Source: Octopus bimaculoides
Taxonomy: Eukaryota
DNA length: 64,000 nucleotides
NCBI RefSeq assembly: GCF_001194135.2
Contig: NC_068995.1
Span: 3,365,719 to 3,429,718 of the forward strand
Reading direction: 5' to 3'
Below, one piece after another: positions 1 through 11,302 of this stretch (its first letter is position 1; each line of letters starts with the position of its first letter). Both the position numbers and the translations under genes were made by a program. Under the pieces are notes generated by a model. The model was not told the origin of the DNA. It made no database searches and saw nothing but the letters and a program-made list of their open reading frames with translations.

Positions 1-400
1 TTTACCATTCTCTGGTTGTGATGTACCCCTCACCCACCCATCAAAAATGAAACCACTGCGTCTTCACTCAAATACCCTTTTTTTTTTCTGTAAAAATGTT
101 TGTAAATGTTCTTCATATCATGGATTCCTATCTCAATATTTACCATCTCCAAGTGATTTTCTATGCCACTCCACTTAGAAAATCACTTGGATTGTCAACC
201 TTTGAGACAATAATCACAGTTAATTTGCTTGTTTTCCCCACTTTGTTCTCCCTGCTGGTCTGCTTCACCATTCCATGTCTTCTGTCTGTTTGGACCAGCA
301 GTATGTCTTACTAAACACTGCTACCAGTATATGGCAACAGATATTAAAATGTTTAACAGTTGTAATTTCTCTTCATTATTATTATTATTATTATTATTTT

Positions 401-640
401 AGGTAACGAGCTGGCACAGTCGTTAGCATGCCGGGCGAAATGCTTAGTGGTATTTTTGTCAGTCGCTATGTTCTGAGTTCAAATTCCGCCGAGGTCGACT
501 TTGCCTTTCCTCCTTTTGGGGTTGATAAATTAAGTACCAGTTGAACACTGGGGTCGATGTAATTGGCTCGTCCCCTCCCCCAAAATTACTGCCCTTGTGG
601 AAAAAATTTGAAACCATTATCATCATTATTATTATTATTA
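401..640 (+). mobile_element. tRNA-headed SINE, family A
   Basis: Head GAGCTGGCACAGTCGTTAGC (A-box-like) and GAGTTCAAATTCC (B-box), body GAGGTCGACTTTGCCTTT...TAAATTAAGTACCAG...GGGGTCGAT, (TAT)n tail; recurs more than 10 times in the window. Confidence 0.85.
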
Positions 641-643
641 TTA

Positions 644-860
644 AGGTGGCAGGCTGGTGGAACCGTTAGCATGCCAGGCAAAATGCTTAACAGTATTTCG
701 TTCTGAGTTCAAATTCCACTGAGCTTTACCTTTCATCCTTTTGGGATTGATAAATTAAGTACTGATGAAATACTGGGGGAGAGGGGGTGTCGATGTAATC
801 GACTTGCCCCCTCCCTTCAAATTTCAGGCATTGTGCCTATAGTAGAAAGGATTATTAGTT
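644..860 (+). mobile_element. tRNA-headed SINE, family A (second tandem copy)
   Basis: Same head, B-box and body as 401-640, starting in that copy's TAT tail. Confidence 0.85.
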
Positions 861-1015
861 ATTAATAGGATATTGCAGACAGATATTGTGTTGTTTTAAC
901 AACCCCAGGATCAAAGGGGTCTCTTTTGATTCTTTCATCAGCTATGGTCTTTAGGGCTCTTTTTTTAGGGTCCTTGTAGTTTCTAGTAATATAGTTTCCT
1001 GTCAGAGTTTATTAC

Positions 1016-1059
<44 letters not shown>

Positions 1060-2188
1060 GGAAGTGTGTATGTGCTTGTGAGAGTTTCAGATGAATGTTT
1101 TCACCACTCGTTAGAGAAGAGCTGTTTCTGTTTGTGGTTTGTTTGTGAAAAGTCAGGTTTTTGCAAACCATTCTTTTGCTAAATTCCATTTTGGAATTTG
1201 AATTTATTTATTAGATTTCATAATTTGCCAAAAATGACTCCCATCCGGGGGTTTATTTAATGATAAAGCGAAGAGAGCTTTCGGTGAGATTTCAACGACA
1301 TGATTGAATGACATTGTGGGGTCGGTGTGAGAGGTCAGATCTGGCCAATAAAATACCAAATTAATATTTTATTTTGAAAAATTTATGCAAAACACAAAGA
1401 GGAAAAAAAATTAAAACCTGTTGATCTTTATTTTGGTAGAAGAGAAATTTTATTCTTAAATCTCAACTTTTTTCTATTTTCTAAATGTTTAGACCAGTTG
1501 AAATGACAGAATATTCTACAGAATTGGTTAGGATTGCTTCTTTTAGAGTCTTTGTTTATACCAGTATCTCTATGTTAAAAGTGGGCCCTGGACTCTTATA
1601 TAATATATATATATCTGGTGGTGGGGGTACTGGGGTGAGGGATTTATTCATTGCAGACTGAGTTAGTAGATAAGACAACAGTCGGAACGAACTTGTTTAA
1701 TTACACTGAGATAAATCTCGTTAATTAATTAGTAGTCAATTTGTTTAAGTGTAGTGTTTTTAATTAGCTGACTAAAGCTTTAGTTAATTAGACACATGAT
1801 TGAGTATTTCACTTTAATAAATTAATCCAATCATTTTCACTTTTCAATCTCTGTTGAGATCTTGGATCTGTTTAGGGAACATTCTGGTCCAGGATGTAGA
1901 CTTAGACAAAGATTTTGTTTTCTTTTTTTTTTTAATGGTAGTCTCATTAATTGTCAGATATTCAAGTCTTCCCTCTACATATAATGAATATTGCCCAAGA
2001 GAAAGTTGAAAGCATCGTTGCATGCTTTGTTTATAGAATTCCAAGAACTAGAACAGATGCCAAAGAGCATCTCACCTGATGCTCTAGTAATTATACCAAC
2101 CCTCCGCACTTAGGCATAGCACTGCATTTATTCACCCCAGAAAGGAATAAAAGCAAAAGTGACCTTTGCTGGAATTGAACTCAGTGTG

Positions 2189-2389
2189 CCCTTTTGTTAC
2201 CATATTCCTTTTGGAATACACTGCCTTCCTTCCAGTCAGTTTTGGAATGAAGAATTTAGTAAAATAACATCCTTGATAAGCTGATGTTTAGAATATGAAC
2301 CAACACGAAATTCTAATAGAAGCCTTTAGTTTAAAACAAGGTGTTTATATCACAGATCCAAGAGCAGCGGTGGGTATTAAAAGGGTTAA
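2189..2389 (+). mobile_element. piggyBac-type MITE, family F
   Basis: CCCTTTTGTTACCATATT ... TTAAAAGGG|TTAA; body shared with 14040-14370 and 62043-62517. Confidence 0.65.
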
Positions 2390-2551
2390 ACTTTATCCTA
2401 TATATATTTCTTTTGCCTTGATAAAATGTGATCAACAGTGATTATGTGTAAGACTTCTCTCCATAGTTCATTTAATAGAAGCTAGACCTTATGAATGCCA
2501 TTTCCCCCTTTTTTTTCCCTATTTTTATAAAATTACTCTTTCGTCCCTCAA

Positions 2552-2735
2552 TAACCTTTTAGCATCCATATTACTCTGTCAAATGTAATGCTTATTTATT
2601 CCACATTGTTTTGAATTAATCTTGCATTATCTTGTAGCTTTGAGATTTTGACGATGTGATTGTCTATTTTTAGAATAACATTGTAGGGTAACTGTAAGAG
2701 GCCAGATATGGTTAGTTCACATGCTAAAGAGTTAA
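2552..2735 (-). mobile_element. piggyBac-type MITE, family G
   Basis: TAACCTTTTAGCAT ... ATGCTAAAGAGTTAA terminal inverted repeats; reverse complement of 29185-29415. Confidence 0.7.
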
Positions 2736-3331
2736 ATTGTTAAAACCCATTTCTGCAACATTAATTAATGTCAGAAATAATTACTTAATTGTTCTTATTT
2801 TATATTTTAAATCTAATAGCAAAATTTTTTTTTATGCCTTGCTTGCAATCTTCTCTGTTTAGAGGTCTTCTGTGTATTTTGCAGTTAAGTGATTGTCTCT
2901 AGGTAGGGAGAGTTGGTAGGCAGGTGGATCTAATGATGGTTTGGAAGTTGGCTAGTTCAGTGATAATATCTTTTATACAGAATTGTAAAATATGTGACCA
3001 GGATTCTGTAAGATTCTCATGTAGAATTCTTCTAGAATGGTGAATAATATATACAAGTGCATGTGTGTGTGTGTGTATGTATATATATATATATATAGTT
3101 GTATGTTGTATATTTAAAGATGGGGTATTTTTATGCAAATTAAAATAGGTTTCATTTCACTCTATGGCATAAATGCCTTGTCTTTGGGTGGGGTGAATGT
3201 AGGTAGCAATGTGAAATGGAATAATGGAATGGTTTGACTTGGAATGGAAACCATTTCTCAGCTTGTCTCATTGAGAGAATTTTTACATAATACCAAACAC
3301 CAAAAATTTGGTTTCATTTGTGTGTAATATC

Positions 3332-3369
<38 letters not shown>

Positions 3370-3823
3370 AACCTATCTATCTATCTATCTATCTATCAAA
3401 CCTTCACACTTTGTATATAGATTTGTACGTATGTGTGTATATATACATATATATATCTCCGTTTGTATACATACACACACATACATGTATTTATACTTTC
3501 TACAAACATTCCTTGTATTTCCAATGTTTTTGTTACATGAAACAATTTTAATTCTTAACTTGGAACTATCTTAAAGACAATCTTTCCAAGAATAGATTGC
3601 TGAATTCTGTAAGAAAATAAAAATAGTCGCTTTACACATGCACGCGCAGCAGATGTGTGCGTGTAAAGAATTGTGTGTTTACTTCATTTATGTAATTAAC
3701 AGGAAGAAACTAATTGAGAAATTCTATGGGTAAAATTTTTTATCAAGTCAGGATGGTTGTTAAAATTGCAAACATTGGGCCTTTGAACCTGTTATGGTAT
3801 GTGTGTAGGTATGTATGTGTGTC

Positions 3824-3877
<54 letters not shown>

Positions 3878-3879
<2 letters not shown>

Positions 3880-4112
3880 GGTTGTTCAAAAAGTCTCTCC
3901 GCAGTAAGTATTTAATAGAATTCGGGTGATTCTTGTACCCTGATCCTTTACTTGCTCCGCAGAAAAAAAAAGTCTGGCGGTGTTAAATCAGGTGATCTTG
4001 GTGGCCAAAGTCCCTTTGAAATAATCCGTTCACCGAAAAACTTTTGAAGTAGCGCCATGGTGATGCACAGGATGAAAAAAATTCACTGCTGAGAAACTTT
4101 TTGAATACCCTA
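3878..4112 (-). mobile_element. Internally deleted Tc1/mariner-superfamily transposon
   Basis: About 27-bp TIRs (AGGTTGTTCAAAAAGTCTCTCCGCAGT vs AGGGTATTCAAAAAGTTTCTCAGCAGT, 23/27 match) within TA repeats. Minus strand 4058->3920 reads MALLQKFFGERIISKGLWPPRSPDLTPPDFF/frameshift/CGASKGSGYKNHP, containing the WPPRSPDL transposase motif. Confidence 0.9.
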
Positions 4113-4169
4113 TATATGTATATGTGTATATACATACATACATACATATATATATATACACGCACACTT

Positions 4170-4308
4170 TATTTGTGGGTTAACAAGGCAACCAATGGTT
4201 TCATGTGAAGAGGTCTTCACAATTGTTTAAGCATACCACATGGAAGTGTTGGTATTCCTTTCCGTTTTGGCTGGGGATACCATTGATAGCCCTGTTAATC
4301 CACAAATA
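4170..4308. mobile_element. Small foldback/MITE
   Basis: About 33-bp imperfect inverted repeats: TATTTGTGGGTTAACAAGGCAACCAATGGTTTC and GATACCATTGATAGCCCTGTTAATCCACAAATA. Confidence 0.55.
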
Positions 4309-6898
4309 CAGAATATTTATCCACCAATTTCAGTGTTAAGCACTCATTCTCGGTATTGAATATTAGCATATATTCACACATACGTATGTATGTATCTACT
4401 AGGATTTATCGAATGCCATTATGTGTCTGCCCATATTCTCTACATGGACTACAATTATTCCAATTATTGTTGTTAATAATATTGTACATACTCGAAACAC
4501 TGAGCCAGGTTGTTATTACAAATCCTGTCTCAAATTTGAACACATTCTAAAAACAAATTTTTTTTTTTTTGTAAATCTTTTCTTTTTTTTTTTCTGCTCT
4601 TATGCCACAATGGTTTGGTATGGTATGTCTTTGAAGCAACCAGTTCCTCATAACACTGGCAGGTCTTACTGGAAAAAAAAAAGTGCCAACTTTATTTTCT
4701 CATCACAACATCTCAAAGAACTTTGGTCTTCAATGTCTCACCCCACTCCCCATTTTTTTGCGATAAATTTTTATTCTTTTCCTTTTTTTTTCCTCCATCT
4801 CTGCAAAAGTAAATCCGATTCTTTATTTCTCATAATCTCACTCGTTTCCTACTTTCTCTGTCTCTTCGATTCTCTTATAGTGATCCTCCACTCCAATTCC
4901 TCCACGTCTTTAGATATATGGTTCACAGGTTCTCATAGAATTTCTAGCTACCGTTCTGTAGCAGAAGATATCAACCTTGTTCTTCTGCTTTCAATATTTA
5001 CCAACAAAAACTGTTTTAAATATAAAAGGAATTTTTTTTTCTGTTTTCTTTTTGAGAATATTTACAATTTTCTCTCACTAACCTAAGAATTTAATTTGCC
5101 ATTAGTGCATTTACTCGCAGGAATCTGGTTCTGTATTTAGTTGATGTTATTCAAGAACTGGTTCCTGTGCAGTGGTCTTTGCTGATCACGTGACACTGGT
5201 TACTTCCTCCATCAATTGTCACTGCTACGGTTGTGCTTAAACACAAAAACAAATTGAACAACTTTCAGTTTAAATAATAGTTTGTTGTTTCTGGAAAAAA
5301 ACACTGAATATTTTCCAAATTACGTGGTTATGTTAATATTAAAAAAAAAAGAAAATTATATATATGTATAGTATATATATATACGTGCCTTATTTTTTTA
5401 ACAATAACCCCCACCCCTTTCCCTCCTATTCTTCTCATCATCTTGAGAATACAAAATGAATGTTTGAAACATTTATTTCTCCGACTTCCTGAGTCTTCTT
5501 TGACTCTTATTTAATCACAGTTTGGAAACATTTAAAAATCCTCAAGGACTTTCAAAAAAAAAACCTGTTGAATAATTCTTCCTCGTCTTTGATTAAACCT
5601 TCTCTCTTTGTCTCTCTCCCTCTATTATCTTCTTTCTTTTTTTTTTTTTTTTGGCAGTTTGGACAACCCTTTCTCTCTGTCTTTCTCTTTCACAGCCTTC
5701 TTCCTGGCACATGCTTTCTTCTATAATTTCAATGTGTTTACTTACCTAGATTTTGAACTCACTACCTTTTAGTTTATATAACTGCTGTACTATCAACTCT
5801 TCTTGTACAAACACTCTTTCCTTGCATTTTTTTTTTTACGTTCTTAATTTTGTTTTCTTGTTTCCTTCTCTTTTTGAAATTCTCAAAATTTTTGATTTCC
5901 TAATGAAATTTTAAAACCAGTGAAAAAAACTTTGAAATTCTTTAAATGAAAAAAAAAAAAAAAAACACATTTGACAGAAAGACAAAATTCTGCTAAAAAC
6001 TGGACCCATTTCCCCCTAAGTTTTTTCTTTTATTTTTTTCCCTCTTGTTCAACCCCTTTTTCCACCCCCACCCTTCATACATTTGCATCCGCCTCTTTTA
6101 TGCTAGTAAGAATGAGAAAACATCATCAAATATGTGTTGTTATTTTTTTTTCCCCCTTTTTATTTATGAAACATGGCAAGTGTGATGTTTATATTAACAC
6201 AATATACTTTTGCAATTTTAATGTACACACGTCTCCGCCAAACGACGAAGACCATTTTTTCGAGAGCCATTCCTAGTCTTTAAGACTAATGCTTTTAACA
6301 CTTAATTTATTCTAAACAGGGACTTCTATTTTTCTCTTTATTAAGGGTTCACTTTACCTTTCAACCCTTGCCAGGGTTGGTAAAAATAAAGTACCAGTCA
6401 CATACTGGGATCAAGGATGTTTGACTATCCTCCTTCCTTCAAATTTACTGGCCTTGTATCTAAATCAGAAACAATTATTATTATTATTATCAATATTATT
6501 ATTGTATTATTAATATTATTATAATTATTATTATCTTATTATTATTAATATTATTATTTTGGTAGGTGGGTGTATAGTAATTTGTTGCCTTGTTTAATCT
6601 AAATAATTTATTTGGTAATTTATTACCAAACAGTGATTTTTTAAAATTGTTTTTTTTAAAAAGTACTCTAGTGATTCTTTCCCTCATGAAACCAAACTCT
6701 CTCTCTCTTTCTCCTTCCCTGTCTTCTTATCCCAGAGTATTGTAAGTTTGAATTCAGAAAGACAATCTGTTAGTCACCATTTACAATCTTTCATTTTATG
6801 TATTTATCATTGTTCCCTTAGCAAAAACATTTAATTGCCCCATTTCCTTCATTTTTTTTTTAAGGTATTATTATTATTATTATCATTATTATTATTAT

Positions 6899-7735
6899 AA
6901 AGGTGGTAGATTGGCAGAATCGTTAGCGAAATGCTTAGTGACATTCCATCTGTCTTTACATTCTAAGTTCAAATTTTGCCGAGGTCGACTTTGCCTTTCA
7001 TCCTTTCGGGGCCGATGAATTGAGTACCAGTTGCGTACTGGGGTTAATTTAATTGACTGGTCCCCTCCCCCAAAATTTCAGGCCTTGTGCCTATAGTGGA
7101 AAAGGTTATTGTTGTCATTATTATTATTATTATTATTATTATTAAGAGAATGAGCTGGCAGAATCGTTTGCATTCTGGACCAAATGCTTAGCAGCATTTT
7201 GCTCATCTTTACATTCTGAGTTCAAATCCCGCTAAGAGCAACTTTGCCTTTCATCATTTTAAGGTGAATGTGACTGACGATCCCCAACTTACCCAAAAAT
7301 TGCTGGCCTTGAGCCAAAATTAGAACAAATTATTATTATTATTATTATCATTATTATTAATTATGGGTTGTGATTTGTTAGAATTGTTGGAGCATTGGAC
7401 AAAATATTTTTTGGTATTCCAGTTCTCTCTGTTCTGATTAAAGGCAGTGAGCTGGCAGAACTGTTGGCACCTGGGAGAAAATACCTTGTAGTATTTCTTC
7501 CAACCCCTTAATGTTTTGAATTCATCCCACTGGGATTCTATTTTGCCTTTCATCCTTTCCGGGTCGACAAAATTAAGTATAAGTCTTGCACTGGGAGGTG
7601 GGGTGAGGGGGCAATGTAATGAACTAAACCCCTCCCTCTATAATTGCTGGCCTTGTACCAAAATTAGAGCAAATTATTATTATTATTATTATCAGATTTT
7701 CAGGCCTTGTGCCTATAGAAGAAATGATTATATGG
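6899..7735 (+). mobile_element. Head-to-tail stack of three family-A SINEs plus a partial tail
   Basis: Copies at about 6899-7140, 7146-7350 and 7440-7690, each with B-box GAGTTCAAAT-like motif, CTTTGCCTTTCATC body and (TAT)n tail. Confidence 0.85.
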
Positions 7736-8058
7736 AACTTTATAGAAATATAACAGAAACTATAATAATAATAATAATAATGGTGGTGATGATGTTTATG
7801 GTAAAATAAAAACAGACATCATTAATGTTTAATTTCTTTACACTGTACTTTCCTTATAAACAATATGGTTTATTAACACCATTAACTAATTAGTTTTGTT
7901 AATTAATCTACATTTAGTAACTTACATTTATTAACATTTATCTAGGTTTTCAATCAAATGTTACATTTTAACTGCTCACCCCCACCCGCCTTTCTATTAA
8001 TAATTAACAGTTGTAATTATATCAAGTGATTGGGACATCATTAAAAAATTCCTCAATA

Positions 8059-8212
8059 TCAGAGGTCTTTTCTTGTCCCTTTTCTCCAGGCCCTTTTCTT
8101 ATGAGGATTTGAGCTCTGGCGCCTTCCACTCATAGTTGTGAACTGTCCCCACTGACGTTCATATTCGGTGTAACTCTGGTAACGAGGGGTCAAGCCTTCA
8201 AACTGGTAGTCT
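8059..8212 (-). CDS. Candidate terminal coding exon, unidentified protein
   Basis: Acceptor TGTTACACTTCAG|A, then DYQFEGLTPRYQSYTEYERQWGQFTTMSGRRQSSNPHKKRAWRKGTRKDL* in unique, non-repeat sequence. No homology recognised. Confidence 0.3.
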
Positions 8213-8612
8213 CTGAAGTGTAACACAATTGGTAAAAACTACTAATGGAACCAGCATGCCATTCTTTTGTTCTTTCTCTGTCTGTGATTCTAATGATATC
8301 AAGGGAACCATTCCTCTGCAATCTGAGTGATATCTCTTTTGAAATGCCATAAAATTTCAATGATTTTTTTTTAAACGTTGTGAGTTTTATATCTACTTAA
8401 AATCCTATTTGTTAGCCCCCCCCCACCTTCTCTCAACCAATAGTTTGCTATTAACTTCCAAACCACAATGTCTGTGAATATATATATATATATATCTATA
8501 TATATATGTATTTATACACAAAATTATATAAAGTGTAAAAATTTTTGTTTTTACAAAGAGAATGTTAATGTTGATTTTGAAGGTTTGGCGTACTAGCTCT
8601 CAACTAATTTAC

Positions 8613-8656
8613 ATAGTCTGATGACGGCTAGAGAGCCAAAACTTCGAAGTCACTGT
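8613..8656 (+). ncRNA. Minimal type I hammerhead ribozyme motif with G12->A change (probably inactive)
   Basis: ATAGT-CTGATGA-C-GGCT/AGAG/AGCC-AAAA-CTTCGAAG-TC-ACTGT: 5-bp stem I (one G.U), 4-bp stem II, palindromic stem III ACTTCGAAGT, GUC triplet; GAAA reads AAAA. Confidence 0.7.
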
Positions 8657-8898
8657 CAGCTTTTCTTGTAAATATAAAATATGGTACTATACCGAAAGGA
8701 ATTACGTGATCCTTCAATTTAATGTTTGAGCAAGTATGTATGTGTGTGTATATAAATGAGTGTGCATGTATGTGTATATTCATATGCGCACACTGGGATT
8801 GTATGTATAAAACAGGTTTTTGTCAGCAGGCACATTTTTCAATGTAGTTACGTACGCACAACATTTTGAATTTAATTAATTTTTTTTTCTCACTGCAG

Positions 8899-9013
8899 TT
8901 TTTTCATCAGTAGATATTTACTGAAGGACATCACACCGTTATCACTACATGCAACCAGAGTTATTGTCGGTCAGTCTCCAGGACAAAGACAACCAATAGA
9001 GAAATATATGTAA
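8899..9013 (+). CDS. Candidate terminal coding exon, unidentified protein
   Basis: Strong acceptor TTTTTTTTCTCACTGCAG|T, then FFISRYLLKDITPLSLHATRVIVGQSPGQRQPIEKYM* followed by A/T-rich UTR-like sequence. Confidence 0.25.
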
Positions 9014-10161
9014 AAAAGAAAACGAAACAAAAAAAAAACTGGAGAAAATTAAAAATAAAACATTAGGATTACTTATATATATATTTCTATATATATATGT
9101 ATACACATATACACACACATATACACCCACCGTTTAACCTGTTAATGTAGTGTGAGATTGTCATTGTTAAAAACAGATGGAAAATTTCTTTTTACAAAGT
9201 GAAGAATCATATATCATATTTGGTGGCATAAAAGATGCATGGGGGGTATTAGATGCACCCCAATTTCAGCAGAGCTCATTTTCCAAAATAATGATAATGG
9301 AAAAAAAAAAAAAAAAGGAAAGCAAAGGTTTTTAGTATCATAAAGGATCTTGGGTGATTTTTTTTTCTTTTTTTCTTTTGAGACATTATTTTGAAAAATG
9401 TGCCGCCAAATATGGTAATTGCATAGTTAATAATAATAATTAACTATGAAGATGAAATTTGAGTCATTAATAGGTAATTATCTTTCACATTTTTAACATC
9501 TCTTTTACTACATATTTTGATTTTATTATTATTATTATTATCATTATTATTATACCAAAGAATGCTAAACTATGCAAAAGCTGCTACAATTTCATGGTAT
9601 TTCTGGGTTTTTTTTTTTTTTGCAATCCAAAAAAATTTCTCCAAACCAAATAACACTATTTTTAATCATTCAACTTGTAAATTTTTTTTCTCTTTCTCTC
9701 TCTCTAAAAGACAGAGAAAGACCATTATTTATATTATTTATTTATTTATTTCTAATTATTATTCCATAAAATTTCAAGTAAAGAGAGATACTTCTGTGAT
9801 TCTATATTTGTTTTTTTTTCTTTCTTTTTCCCTTTTGTTTTTGTTTTACACAGATTTCATTTTGAAAGAAAACAATTTTATCTTCTAACATCTTTCTTTA
9901 ATCATTCATTTAAACACACACACACATGTGTATATATATAATATGCATATATGTTCATCTATATATATATATTAATTTAATTGCTGGTAGGGGCAGCAGT
10001 ATTTGGTATTGTAACTTTACTCTACCAAGTATATTATCAGATCATAAATTGTTACTATCATGCTGTGTTAGCAGTGCTATAATTTAAATTTAAGGTTGCC
10101 TTTATAGATTTCCTATAGGATTCAGAGCCAGCAGTGTAAATTAAGATGTTTAGAGCATGCA

Positions 10162-10210
<49 letters not shown>

Positions 10211-10224
10211 GTATGTGTGTATGT

Positions 10225-10500
10225 CTTCTTCATTTGTCTGTCGTAGGTCAACATTGGTTGTTCCTATCCTGTAATCCATTCTGGTAGGTTTGCATGTGGG
10301 TTACAATGCCTGCTCTTGATCTGCAGCAGACAAAGCGACTTGAAGCAACGGAGAAGTGACGCATCTCATGCTCTTTGGTATATTCCCTGTTGTTTCTCCT
10401 CAATGGCTGGGATTATGAGCTTCAGCAATTGGTACCGTTCATCGCACCACAGGGCCTTCTCCTCCAACATGGCTGGGGAGATGTTGAATTTCTTTATATG
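10225..10500 (-). mobile_element. RTE-clade LINE 3' end remnant
   Basis: Minus strand gives IKKFNISPAMLEEKA... then VCCRSRAGIVTHMQTYQ, a degenerate form of the C-terminal CxxC..CRSRxGLxSH.RTH motif of RTE/BovB-like ORF2; contains stops and frameshifts. Confidence 0.7.
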
Positions 10501-11249
10501 TCTCTAGCTATAATACGTATATATATATATATATATATAAATATATACATACATGGATAGAATCCTTGCCCCATCATCAACAAATGACCTTTACTAATTT
10601 CCTTCATAAACCCTTTGTGTTTTTCTCATGGAATTTTCACGGCACTCTCCAAAGACTGGCTTTCTGTTACGTTTGTTTTGGTATTTTGGACAAGATATCA
10701 ACATCTGTTCAGTTGGATACAGACAGATTCACCACTCATGCCTGGCAATTTGGAATGTAATGGGAAGAATAAATACCATAAAGTATTTTGTCCAATGTTT
10801 GAGAAATTATGTTGATTCAGAATTCTGGATTCGTACTTTATTTCATTTGCCCTGGAAAGATGAAAGGCCATGTTGACCTCGGCAGGATCAAGCCAGAAGA
10901 AATAATACAAGACATTTTGTCTGGCATTATAACAAGCCTGACATTTTGCTAGATGTATATACTTGTGTGTGTATATATATATATATATATATACATATAC
11001 ACACATACACATATGTACAGATGTATATACACATATATATTATCCCACCCATGCTAGCATGAAACATGGATGTTAAATGATGATAATGATGTTATGTATA
11101 TATATATATATATACATGTATATATATATATGTATATGTATGTATATGAGGGGGCAGCCATCATATGTATATATATATATATGTGTGTATATATGTATAT
11201 ATACACACACACACAGACATGTACATATATAAGTATATATGAACCCAAA

Positions 11250-11302
<53 letters not shown>

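Noticed and set aside
4421-5086. 221-aa plus-strand ORF
   Set aside because: F/S/L/I-rich translation of T-rich sequence with several homopolymer runs and no recognisable domain; more consistent with non-coding or antisense-to-UTR sequence.
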